A stretch of DNA of 64,000 bases from an uncultured Rickettsiales bacterium (lineage in GTDB: Bacteria; Myxococcota_A; UBA796; UBA9615), in NCBI GenBank assembly GCA_964416435.1, contig CAYQEG010000004.1, positions 29,378 through 93,377 on the forward strand. Reading direction: 5' to 3'. Made by a program: the position numbers and the translations under genes. Positions 29,645 to 38,029 of the stretch are shown piece by piece. Below the pieces are notes generated by a model. It was not told where the DNA came from. It did not search any database and worked only from the letters and a program-made list of their open reading frames with translations. Numbering within the stretch: position 1 is the stretch's first letter; the number at the start of each line of letters is the position of its first letter.

Positions 29645-30475
29645 CTACATCGGCCCTCGGATCGCGACGAACCGAGCCAGGAAGTTGCTCGGCTGCTCGT
29701 GGCGGAACGCCCTCCAGCCGGCCTTCATCAGCGCCGTACCGAACTCCTCCATCGCGATGAACGACAGCCCCGACGCGTCGCTCATGGCGCGCTGGGCCTG
29801 GGCGATGTGGGGGAGGTTGCTGCGCGCCAGGGTGACCCCGACGAGCCGCCCCCCGGGCGGGAGCAGGCGGGCGAGTCGGCGAGCGTGATCCAGCGCGTTG
29901 TCGAGCCCGTGCAGCAGCCCGAACGACAGGATCCCGGAGAAGCCGCCCGCCCGGAGCGGCGGCCGGTCCTGGTCGCAGCGGACGAGGCTCCAGCTCCCCA
30001 GCCCCGTGCGGGCCAGCGGCTGCCGCCCGGCCCGCAGCTCGTCGAGCGCGTCGTCGCAGACCACCACGGTGGAGTCGGGGCAGGCGTCCACCACGATCGA
30101 CGCGAGCTCACCGCGCCCGGCGCCCAGGACGAGCAGCGGCCGGCCCGGCTCGTGGTCGAGCCAGCCGAGCAGCGTGAACAGCTCGTCCTCCAGGTCGGTG
30201 TCGCGGAACGCGCCGAGCTGCAGCGCGGCCTCGTGGAAGTGCCAGAAGTCGAGGTCTCGGCCCTGGAACGGATACCGGCGGATCCGGGCCGAGGGGGACC
30301 CGTCGACCAGGTCCAGCACCCCGCCCTTGCAGCGGAAGCTCGCCCCGCAGTCGATGCAGTCGATGTCCGAGAACGGGTTCTCGGCGTCGTCCGGCGGGGG
30401 GACGAGGGTCCCCTGGCATCGCGCGCAGACGAAGCGCGCGATGGTCTCGTTCCGGGCTCGCAGCTGATCGCTCAT
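29645..30475 (-). CDS. class I SAM-dependent methyltransferase with N-terminal zinc ribbon
   Basis: Start MSDQLRARNE. CARCQG...CIDCG zinc-ribbon (Trm112-like) head. Motif I LLVLGAGRGELA and a later LLPPGGRLV block. An alternative start lies 6 codons upstream. Confidence 0.75.
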   Translation of the reverse strand: MSDQLRARNETIARFVCARCQGTLVPPPDDAENPFSDIDCIDCGASFRCKGGVLDLVDGSPSARIRRYPFQGRDLDFWHFHEAALQLGAFRDTDLEDELFTLLGWLDHEPGRPLLVLGAGRGELASIVVDACPDSTVVVCDDALDELRAGRQPLARTGLGSWSLVRCDQDRPPLRAGGFSGILSFGLLHGLDNALDHARRLARLLPPGGRLVGVTLARSNLPHIAQAQRAMSDASGLSFIAMEEFGTALMKAGWRAFRHEQPSNFLARFVAIRGPM

Positions 30476-30563
30476 CGGGCAGCGCCGGAGCATCGCCCGC
30501 CCGGCCGATGTTGACAAGACCTCCGGGCCCCTCCGAAACTCCGCGGTGGAGGGACGGGTGGTC

Positions 30564-31124
30564 ATGAGCGAGACGACGGAAGAGAGCGACCGGGGCAGCG
30601 GGGAGCTGGGCAGCGACGAGGTCAAGGCCCTCGTCGACGGGGCAGCCGAGCTGTTCGACAACCTCAAGGAGGTCTTCACCCGGAGCCGAGAGGAGATCCT
30701 GCGGGGCGCCCAGCTGGGCAAGGTGCGGATCGACCTCTATCAGCTGCGCAAGGACCGGGAGCTGCTGCTGACGCGGCTCGGCGCGGCCGCCCTGGAGCTG
30801 CTCGCGGCTGAGGAGATCGCACACGCGGGGCTCGCCGATCTGCACCACGAGCTGCGCCAGGTGGACTCCGCGATCGCCGAGCACGAAGCCGAGATCGCGG
30901 GGCTGGCGACGGACGAGGACGGCGTCGACGTGGACGCTGCGGCCAACGAGCCGACGCCGGTGGAGGCGACGCCGGTGGAGGCGACGCCGGAGCCCGAGCC
31001 CCCCAAGAAGGCCGCCCCCAAGGCGAAGGCGAAGGCCGCCGCGAAGCCGCGGAAGCGGGCTCCCGCGCGGACGAAGAAGACCACTCGGGGCACCACGTCG
31101 AAGAACACGAAGAAGAAGACCTGA
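30564..31124 (+). CDS. coiled-coil protein with histone-H1-like Lys/Ala/Pro tail (PhaM/PhaF-like?)
   Basis: GGAGG lies 11 nt upstream of ATG 30564; GTG 30546 is an alternative start. Helical N-terminal two thirds. C-terminus PPKKAAPKAKAKAAAKPRKRAPARTKKTTRGTTSKNTKKKT. Confidence 0.6.
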   Translation: MSETTEESDRGSGELGSDEVKALVDGAAELFDNLKEVFTRSREEILRGAQLGKVRIDLYQLRKDRELLLTRLGAAALELLAAEEIAHAGLADLHHELRQVDSAIAEHEAEIAGLATDEDGVDVDAAANEPTPVEATPVEATPEPEPPKKAAPKAKAKAAAKPRKRAPARTKKTTRGTTSKNTKKKT

Positions 31125-31143
31125 CGATCGCCCCTCTACGAGG

Positions 31144-31172
31144 TTGACAAGGCGTTCCCTGCTCTCTAGTTT
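31144..31172 (+). promoter_or_regulatory. sigma70-type promoter of tRNA-Ala
   Basis: TTGACA (31144-31149), 17 nt, TAGTTT (31167-31172), ending 15 nt before the mature tRNA 5' end. Confidence 0.55.
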
Positions 31173-31187
31173 CCCGCGACCTCTTCA

Positions 31188-31263
31188 GGGGCCATAGCTC
31201 AGCTGGGAGAGCGCGTGACTGGCAGTCACGAGGTCGGGGGTTCGATCCCCCCTGGCTCCACCA
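31188..31263 (+). tRNA. tRNA-Ala (anticodon GGC)
   Basis: A 76-nt cloverleaf folded by hand. Acceptor GGGGCCA/TGGCTCC with the G3:U70 alanine identity pair. D-arm GCTC/GAGC, anticodon stem CGTGA/TCACG with loop CTGGCAG, T-arm GGGGG-TTCGATC-CCCCC, and an encoded CCA. Confidence 0.95.
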
Positions 31264-31270
31264 AATCGAC

Positions 31271-31299
31271 ACCGCCGCGGCCCACCCGGTCGCGGCGGT
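31271..31299 (+). terminator. intrinsic terminator after tRNA-Ala
   Basis: ACCGCCGCG-N11-CGCGGCGGT, a 9-bp GC stem followed by TTGTCGTTCT. Confidence 0.55.
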
Positions 31300-31326
31300 T
31301 GTCGTTCTGGCGTCCCAGGCGCCGTC

Positions 31327-31391
31327 TTGTGCAAGAGCACAACGCAAATGCACAAAATGCACTTGACGATTTGTGCAGTCGCACATAGGTT
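31327..31391 (+). promoter_or_regulatory. phasin-operon promoter with GTGC/GCAC operator-like palindromes
   Basis: TTGACG (31363-31368), 17 nt, TAGGTT (31386-31391). The spacer is filled by the palindrome TGTGC-AGTC-GCACA (31372-31385). Upstream are a second palindrome TTGTGC-AAGA-GCACAA (31327-31342) and the direct repeat ATGCAC-AAA-ATGCAC (31347-31361). Confidence 0.5.
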
Positions 31392-31437
31392 CTCCTCACC
31401 GGCTGGCCAACCCGCCCGCCGAACCTGGAGCAGAGCG

Positions 31438-31773
31438 ATGAGCACTACGAAGACCAACACCAAGAAGAGCAACCCCGCGGCCGACGCCGCCCAGCAGGCG
31501 ACCGCCTGGATGACCGACCCCACCCTCGCCGCCCGGGCGTGGCAGGACGCCATGCTCAGCGGGATCGACGGCCTGATCTCGATGCACGAGGAGTTCGGCA
31601 AGGCGATCACGAAGCAGCTCGACTCGCTCCGGACCGAGCGGGAGCGCTTCACCAAGGCCGGTGACGACGCCCTCACCGAGGTGTTCGACAGCGGTATCGA
31701 GGCCAGCCGCAAGGCGCTCGGCTACGCGCGGGACCAGGTCGAGCGGTTCGCCCGGCCGCAGCCCGAGGCGTAG
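31438..31773 (+). CDS. small helical phasin-like protein
   Basis: GGAG lies 7 nt upstream of ATG 31438. 111 aa, predicted all-helical and charged, with no TM. It is the first gene of the PHA operon behind PhaR-type palindromes. The phasin call rests on context and composition, not on a recognised motif. Confidence 0.5.
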   Translation: MSTTKTNTKKSNPAADAAQQATAWMTDPTLAARAWQDAMLSGIDGLISMHEEFGKAITKQLDSLRTERERFTKAGDDALTEVFDSGIEASRKALGYARDQVERFARPQPEA

Positions 31774-31782
31774 GGTCCGACG

Positions 31783-33267
31783 ATGAACCTGCACGGCGAC
31801 CCGATCGCGAGCCGAGCTCGCGCGACTCCGGACCGACCGGCGCTGCGGGAGCTGCGAAGTGGACGCAGTCGAAGCTACGCCGAGTTGAATCGCAGGGCCG
31901 ACGCGGCCGCCGCGGTGCTGTCCGGCCGCTTCGGGGTGGGCCCTTCCGATCGGGTCGCCGTGCTGTCTCGTAACAACCTCGAGCAGGTCGAGTTGCTGAT
32001 CGCCTGTGCCCGACTCGGGGCGATCCTCGTCCCCCTGAACTGGCGACTCGCACCGCGTGAGCTCGCCGGGGTGATGGTGGACGCCGACCCGAGCGTGTTG
32101 TTCGTCGACGCGCCGGGGGCCGCGCTCGCGGCGCGGCTGGAGCAGGCGCCGATCACGATCCGTCTGGGCGACGGCTGGGACGCCGCCGGGCTGCCGAGCC
32201 CCCAGCGGCTCGACCCGGACGGGACCACGCCCCTGCTGGTCCTCTACACGAGCGGCAGCACCGGTCGACCCAAGGGCGCCGTGCTGACCCACGAGTCGAT
32301 CCTGTTCAACGCCATGAACACGCTCATGGCCTGGGAGCTCGGCGCCGCGGATCGCACCCTGATCTCGGCGCCGCTGTTCCACACGGGGGGCTGGAACGTC
32401 CTCCTCCTTCCGCTGCTGATCGCCGGCGGCTGCGTGGCGCTCGCGCCAGACTTCGACGCCGACGAGACGCTGCGTGCCGTCCAGGAGCACCGGCTGACGG
32501 CGCTGTTCGGCGTGCCCACGATGTTCGCGGCGATGCGGCGGGCCGACGCCTTCGACTCGGCCGACCTGGCCAGCCTCCAGTGGGTGATCAGCGGGGGCGC
32601 GCCCTGTCCGCTGCCCGAGATCGAGGCCTGGTGGAGGCGCGGGGTCGAGTTCCGGCAGGGGTACGGCCTGACCGAGGTGGGACCCAACTGCTTCACGATG
32701 CCCCCCGGTGAGGGGCTGCGCCGGGCCGGCACGGTCGGCTTCGCGATGCCCTGGCTGGAGACGCGGATCGTCGACGGGCTCGGGGCCGAGGTGGCTGACG
32801 ACGACGTCGGCGAGCTGCTGCTCCGGGGTCCGACGGTGTGCGCCGGTTACTGGCGCAACCCGGCCGCGACCGCGGCGGCGATCGACGCCGACGGCTGGTT
32901 CCACACCGGCGACCTGTTCGCCCGGTCCTCCGACGGTGGCTTCCGGTGCGTCGGCCGTCGCAAGGAGATGTTCATCAGCGGGGGCGAGAACGTGTACCCC
33001 GGGGAGGTCGAGCGGGTGCTCGCCGGGATCCCGGGTGTCGTCGAGTCTGCCGTCGTACCGGTGCCCCACCCGCTGTGGGGCGAGGTCGGTCACGCCTTCG
33101 TCGCCTTCGCGGAGCACCGGATCGCCGCGGACGAGATCCTCGCCCTGTGCCGGAGCGAGCTGGCGGGGTACAAGGTGCCCAAGCACGTCACCGCGCTCCC
33201 CGAGCTGCCCAAGGGCCCGACCGGGAAGATCCACAAGCCAACGCTCAGCCAGATGGCCGCCCGATGA
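31783..33267 (+). CDS. acyl-CoA (medium/short-chain or hydroxyacyl) ligase, AMP-dependent synthetase family
   Basis: LVLYTSGSTGRPKGAVLTH, GYGLTEVGP, and a C-terminal GKIHK lysine motif. 494 aa. Confidence 0.88.
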   Translation: MNLHGDPIASRARATPDRPALRELRSGRSRSYAELNRRADAAAAVLSGRFGVGPSDRVAVLSRNNLEQVELLIACARLGAILVPLNWRLAPRELAGVMVDADPSVLFVDAPGAALAARLEQAPITIRLGDGWDAAGLPSPQRLDPDGTTPLLVLYTSGSTGRPKGAVLTHESILFNAMNTLMAWELGAADRTLISAPLFHTGGWNVLLLPLLIAGGCVALAPDFDADETLRAVQEHRLTALFGVPTMFAAMRRADAFDSADLASLQWVISGGAPCPLPEIEAWWRRGVEFRQGYGLTEVGPNCFTMPPGEGLRRAGTVGFAMPWLETRIVDGLGAEVADDDVGELLLRGPTVCAGYWRNPAATAAAIDADGWFHTGDLFARSSDGGFRCVGRRKEMFISGGENVYPGEVERVLAGIPGVVESAVVPVPHPLWGEVGHAFVAFAEHRIAADEILALCRSELAGYKVPKHVTALPELPKGPTGKIHKPTLSQMAAR

Positions 33268-34616
33268 CCGACCGAAGTCCGTTCGCCGCGCTGATGGATC
33301 TGTGGGCCCAGGGGGCGCGGCAGGGCATGGAGCAGGCGACGACCTTCTGGAAGGCGGCGGGCATCGACCGCGCCGCCGAGCAGCTCGACCAGATGAGGGT
33401 CGCCGCCGGCCTCCCCCCCGCGGGTGACCAGCTCGCCGCGCTGTGGCGCAGCGCCGTCGGCGAGTACGAGTCGGACCTGGGCGGCCTGCCGCCGTCGGAG
33501 CTCGAGGTCGACCTGCGGCCCCTCGCGGAGGCGTGGGGCGCGGTCACGTCGGGGACGGCGGACGAACGCCAGCGGGGCATGGTCCAGCGATTCAGTCGGG
33601 CGATGGCGGTCAAGGCCCGCCTGGGCGCGGAGTACTACGTCGATCCGGCCGAGGTCGCGGTCCGACCCACCCCGCGTGATCGCGTGAGCCGTGAGGGCAC
33701 CGTCGAGCTGTACCGGTACGACGCGGGCCCCGACGCCCCCCCCCGCAGCGGCGACCCGGTCCTGATCGTCTATTCGGTCATCAACCGTTCCTACATCCTC
33801 GACCTGCAGGAGGACTGCAGCGTCGTCCGGCACCTGCTCGACCGGGGGCTGGACGTCTGGATGATCGAGTGGTCCCAGCCCCACGAAGGGGCCGCGGACG
33901 CCACCCTCCCGGACTACATCGACGCCATCGGCGAGTGCGTGGCGCGCATCCAGGGGCACACCTCCAGCGCCGGCGTCTCCTTGTTCGGACACTGCATCGG
34001 CGGCACGCTGGCCGCGATGTACACGGCCTTGAAGCCCGCCGGCGTGAGTCGGCTGCTCACGCTCACGGCGCCGTTCCGATCGCCCGAGCGGGGGCTCGTC
34101 GCCACCATCGTCGATCCCTCGATGTTCCCCGTGGGCGCGGTCACCGGGGCGTTCGGCAAGATGCCGGCGAAGCTGATCCGGTACACCTTCGTCGCCCTCA
34201 AGCCGTACTACGAGCTGATGAAGTGGAAGATGTTCGTGGGCAACCTCGACCAGCCGAGCGCGATGGACCGCTTCGCCGCGATCGACAAGTGGGCCAACGA
34301 CAACGTCGACATCCCGGCCGAGGTGTTCCGGGTGTACATCGACGAGGTCTTCCACAGCGGTCGACTGGCGCGCGGTGAGACCGAGCTCCGGGGTGAGCGG
34401 GTGGACTTCGCGGCGATCCCCTGTCCCGTCCTCAACCTCGCCGGGGCGGACGACTGGATCGTGCCGCCGGACTCGGCCCGGCCGCTCGACGAGCAGGCTC
34501 CCAACGCTACGTACGAGGAGCTGTCGGGCTCCCACCTCACGCTGGTCCTGGACCCGAGGATGCAGGAGCGCTGGGTCGTTCTCAGCGACTTCCTGCTCGG
34601 AGGGGAGGCGGCGTGA
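33264..34616 (+). CDS. phaC: poly(3-hydroxyalkanoate) synthase, class III/IV-like PhaC with N-terminal extension
   Basis: ATGA overlap with the ligase stop. PVLIVYSVINRSYILDLQ...GLDVWMIEW...SLFGHCIGGTLAAMY shows the G-x-C-x-G-G lipase-box with a Cys nucleophile, as in PhaC. A later D and H fit a C-D-H triad. About 450 aa. Confidence 0.8.
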   Translation: MTDRSPFAALMDLWAQGARQGMEQATTFWKAAGIDRAAEQLDQMRVAAGLPPAGDQLAALWRSAVGEYESDLGGLPPSELEVDLRPLAEAWGAVTSGTADERQRGMVQRFSRAMAVKARLGAEYYVDPAEVAVRPTPRDRVSREGTVELYRYDAGPDAPPRSGDPVLIVYSVINRSYILDLQEDCSVVRHLLDRGLDVWMIEWSQPHEGAADATLPDYIDAIGECVARIQGHTSSAGVSLFGHCIGGTLAAMYTALKPAGVSRLLTLTAPFRSPERGLVATIVDPSMFPVGAVTGAFGKMPAKLIRYTFVALKPYYELMKWKMFVGNLDQPSAMDRFAAIDKWANDNVDIPAEVFRVYIDEVFHSGRLARGETELRGERVDFAAIPCPVLNLAGADDWIVPPDSARPLDEQAPNATYEELSGSHLTLVLDPRMQERWVVLSDFLLGGEAA

Positions 34617-35503
34617 GTGCCCGTCGTCATCTTTGCGTGAGTGCTGTGCTGAGCTGCCTCACGGTGGCCTGCGGGGTGGGGTCGACGGAGCCTCCGCCGG
34701 CCCCGGACGAGCGGGTGGAGTGGGGCACCCGTGAGCTCCCCGCTACCCAGTGTGTCGGCGACGCCGACGGGGTCATCACGGCCGATGAGCTGGTGTTCGC
34801 GCCGGGGCTCGCGCCGACGGCTGCGTTCCTGGTCGATCCGCCGGAGTCCGAGCCCTCGCTGCCCGGCTCACGGTGGGACCTGGACTGGGCCGCGGACGGC
34901 GCCGACGCCGTCGCGTGGCTCGGCCCGGAGGAGGCGGGCGGGGCGTGGTTCGACGGTTGGTTCCCCGCGGCGGACTTCCACGCGCTCACGGACGTCGGCG
35001 CGGCCAGCCGCTCGATCTACGCGGTGTCCGGCGACTCGCTGCTGATGCTCGGCGTCGCCTCGGAGACCCCGGACGAATCGGTCCTCCGCTACGACCCGGC
35101 GGTCCCGGTGCTGCCGCTGCCGCTGCAGGTCGGCGACAGTTGGACGGCCGAGGTGGACGCCGAGGGCGTGCACGACGGCCAGGAGTACCCGGCCGACTTC
35201 GGGATCCAGGGGGTCGTCACCCTCGTGCACCGCTACTCGTTCGAGGTGGTGGAGTTCGGCGTGCTGTCGGTGCCGGCCGCCGATCTGCCGGCGCTGCGGA
35301 TCCGGGTCGAGCTCGTCACCGAGGCCCACAACAGCTTCGTCGGGCTGTTCGCGTCCGAGTCGGTTCGACTGGATCTCATGGTGGCCGAGTGCCTGGGGGT
35401 GGTCGCCCGCATCCGCAGTCTGCCGGACGAGCCGTCGGCCGACTTCACGGTCGCCCAGGAGGTGCAGCGGCTCGGCTTCGAGCCGGAGCTCCTCGACCCG
35501 TGA
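34613..35503 (+). CDS. lipoprotein of unknown function (paralog of 38030-38860)
   Basis: GTGA overlap with the phaC stop. Signal peptide plus lipobox LTVAC. It shares blocks with the 38030 gene (C..DADG..(T/S)ADEL; LP/RLPL..G..W). Confidence 0.65.
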   Translation: MSARRHLCVSAVLSCLTVACGVGSTEPPPAPDERVEWGTRELPATQCVGDADGVITADELVFAPGLAPTAAFLVDPPESEPSLPGSRWDLDWAADGADAVAWLGPEEAGGAWFDGWFPAADFHALTDVGAASRSIYAVSGDSLLMLGVASETPDESVLRYDPAVPVLPLPLQVGDSWTAEVDAEGVHDGQEYPADFGIQGVVTLVHRYSFEVVEFGVLSVPAADLPALRIRVELVTEAHNSFVGLFASESVRLDLMVAECLGVVARIRSLPDEPSADFTVAQEVQRLGFEPELLDP

Positions 35504-36405
35504 GTCGGCTGCTCCTGGCGCTGGTGCTCACGCTCTCGCTCGGCCTCTCCGGCTGCCTGCGGCGCCAGGTCGCGCCCTACGACTACGCCGCCGACCCCCA
35601 CGCCCACTCCACGTTCGAGCTGGACGGCACGATGATCCACTACGCCGACCAGGGTCGCCGGGACGCGCCCCCGGTGGTGATGATCCACGGCTTCGGCTCC
35701 TCCATCCGGGTCTGGAACGAGCTGACGATCGGCCTGACCGACGATCGCCGGGTCGTGCGGGTGGACCTCCCGGGGTTCGGTCGGTCGAGCCGCTACGAGG
35801 ACGACTACTCGCGCGCGCGGCTCTCCGAAGTCGTGCTCGCGCTCATGGACCACCTCGCCATCGAGCGCGCGGACCTGGTGGCCCACTCGATGGGGAGCGC
35901 GATCGCGCTGAGCGTCGCCGGGTCGAACCCCGATCGGGTCGGCCGCGTCGTCCTCGCGGCGCCCTGGACCTACGAGGACCAGGTGCCCTGGGGGCTGCGG
36001 GACGCGCGTCGGCCGGGGGTCGGGGAGTTCATCTTCGGGGTCTGGTACCTCGAGCACCTGGACTGGCGGTTCCGACTGAGCTTCGCCGACCCGGACGCCT
36101 GGGTCACCGAGGGGATGGTGCAGCGGGCCCGCGATGACCTGACGCAGCCCGGCGGCCGCTACGCCGCCCTGCAGGTCGTGCGGGGCACCGATCTGGAGAC
36201 GCTGGAGGCGATGCTCGGGTCGGTGGAGGCGCCGGTGCTCGTCGTCCAGTGCGACGCCGACGTCGTCTCCCGGCCGGAGTACGCGCGGCGGCTCGCGTCG
36301 TCGCTGGCTCACGCCGAGCTCGAGGAACTCACGGGTTGTGGGCACTTCCCGATGATCGAGCGCTCCGACCGGTTCGCGGCCCTGGTGCAGGGGTGGCTGC
36401 AGTGA
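35500..36405 (+). CDS. alpha/beta-hydrolase lipoprotein
   Basis: GTGA overlap. VSRLLLALVLTLSLGLSGC lipobox. HGFGSS oxyanion region, nucleophile elbow AHSMGSA, C-terminal GCGHFPMIE histidine. Confidence 0.8.
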   Translation: MSRLLLALVLTLSLGLSGCLRRQVAPYDYAADPHAHSTFELDGTMIHYADQGRRDAPPVVMIHGFGSSIRVWNELTIGLTDDRRVVRVDLPGFGRSSRYEDDYSRARLSEVVLALMDHLAIERADLVAHSMGSAIALSVAGSNPDRVGRVVLAAPWTYEDQVPWGLRDARRPGVGEFIFGVWYLEHLDWRFRLSFADPDAWVTEGMVQRARDDLTQPGGRYAALQVVRGTDLETLEAMLGSVEAPVLVVQCDADVVSRPEYARRLASSLAHAELEELTGCGHFPMIERSDRFAALVQGWLQ

Positions 36406-38024
36406 AGCGGCTCGCGCTGCTGGGGGCGCTGCTGCTGGCGTTGCCGGCGGCGTCGCACGCGGGGGAGGGGACCGGCCTGCGCCCGCTCCCGGCGCACGCC
36501 GGAGGCGCCCGCCCCGAGACGTTCACCCTGGACGGCTACTTCCGCACCCGCGGCGCGCTGATGCACAACCTGGACCTCGACCGGGGACCGACCCCGAGCG
36601 CGGGGGAGCCGATCTACCCGGTCCCCCCTAGCGGCGGTCAGCTGCTCGGCAGCGCCGACGCTCGGCTGAGGCTCGACCTGGGCATCCACGTCGGCGACGT
36701 GGTGACGGCCCACCTGAAGGTCGACGTGTTGGACGGCCTGGTGCTCGGCTCGACCCCCGAGGGGTTCCCGCCGACGCGCTGGTCCCAGACCGGGTGGGCG
36801 TCGTCGCGCCAGCTGGCCCCCAGCGCCGGGTTCAACTCGTTCGTCGACTCGATCCGGGTCAAGGAGGCATACGGCGAGGTGCTCACGCCCGCCGGCACGC
36901 TGTCCTTCGGCCGCATGCAGCTGCCCGTCTGGGGCCTGGGCATGGTGACCGGCCAGGAGGCGGACGTCGACAGCGACTGGGACGACCCGGTCGATCGGCT
37001 CGCCTTCGCGACGTCCTTCGCCGACCACCTGCTCGGGGTGTCGTTCGACGTCAACGCCGTGGGTCCGACGTCGGCCACCTCCCGGGGGAGCCGCACGCCG
37101 GGCCAGGCTGTCGACCTGGATCTCGCCGACAACGCCTACACGCTGAGCCTGGCGTTCGGCCGGTTTCACGAGGACGCGGCGGTGCTCCGGCGGCGGGCCG
37201 CCTCCAAGCCGACGTTCAGCTACGGGGCCTACGCCACCTGGCGCTTCCAGCAGACCGACCTGCCGACCTACTACCTCGACGGCATCGCGTCGGAGGACGC
37301 CGCCTGGGACGGCGACGACGCAGTCCGCCGGGATCTTCACGCCGTGCTCGCCGACGGCTGGGCGCGGCTGTACGCCGGGCCGATCCGGGTCGAGCTCGAG
37401 GTCGCCTACCTGTGGTCCCGGGTGGGGGACCCCTCGGGGGATCCCAGCGTGAGCCTGCCGACGATGACCGGCAACCAGGCCGGCGGCGTGCTCGAGGTCG
37501 AGGTCGAGGCCCTTCGAGAGCGCCTCTGGGTGCAGATCACCGCGGGGCTGGCGTCGGGCGATCCCGCCCCGGGGCTGGGGGTCGCGCCGCCGGTCGGTCA
37601 GCTGACGGGCGTGGCGGGGGACCTGGACGCCCCGCAGTTCTCCCTCCCCGACGACGTGGAGTTCAACAACTTCCGGTTCCACCCCGGCTACCGGGTGGAC
37701 CTCGTGTTCTGGCGATCGATCGTCGGCGCGGTCACGGACGCCTTCTTCGTCCGCCCGCAGCTCAACTGGCGCGCCTCGGACGCCCTGTCGGGTTCGGTCG
37801 CTGGCGTCCTGTCGACGGCCCTGGTGGCCGACTCCACGCCGACCGGGGATCCCGTGTACGGCGGCGAGATCGACCTCGCGGTCCGGTGGGCCCCCGTCGC
37901 CGGCTTCGTCGTCGTCGGCGAGTACGGCCTCTTCCTGCCGGGGACCGCCCTGGATCATCCGACCGAGGGTTGGCGAGCGCAGCCGGCCCAGGTCTTCCGC
38001 GGCACCGCCGCCGTCGTCTGGTGA
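36402..38024 (+). CDS. outer-membrane beta-barrel protein (putative porin/transporter)
   Basis: GTGA overlap. Signal peptide VKRLALLGALLLALPAASHAGEG. Alternating hydrophobic beta-strand pattern throughout. C-terminal ...VFRGTAAVVW ends in an aromatic residue, as in OMP beta-signals. Confidence 0.6.
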   Translation: MKRLALLGALLLALPAASHAGEGTGLRPLPAHAGGARPETFTLDGYFRTRGALMHNLDLDRGPTPSAGEPIYPVPPSGGQLLGSADARLRLDLGIHVGDVVTAHLKVDVLDGLVLGSTPEGFPPTRWSQTGWASSRQLAPSAGFNSFVDSIRVKEAYGEVLTPAGTLSFGRMQLPVWGLGMVTGQEADVDSDWDDPVDRLAFATSFADHLLGVSFDVNAVGPTSATSRGSRTPGQAVDLDLADNAYTLSLAFGRFHEDAAVLRRRAASKPTFSYGAYATWRFQQTDLPTYYLDGIASEDAAWDGDDAVRRDLHAVLADGWARLYAGPIRVELEVAYLWSRVGDPSGDPSVSLPTMTGNQAGGVLEVEVEALRERLWVQITAGLASGDPAPGLGVAPPVGQLTGVAGDLDAPQFSLPDDVEFNNFRFHPGYRVDLVFWRSIVGAVTDAFFVRPQLNWRASDALSGSVAGVLSTALVADSTPTGDPVYGGEIDLAVRWAPVAGFVVVGEYGLFLPGTALDHPTEGWRAQPAQVFRGTAAVVW

Positions 38025-38029
38025 GACCG

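Noticed and set aside
31125-31440. tRNA-Ala as an integration site of a genomic island carrying the PHA/envelope genes.
   Set aside because: I saw no integrase, no transposase, and no direct repeat of the tRNA 3' end downstream within the window. GC content and codon style of the flanking genes look the same as the core genes.
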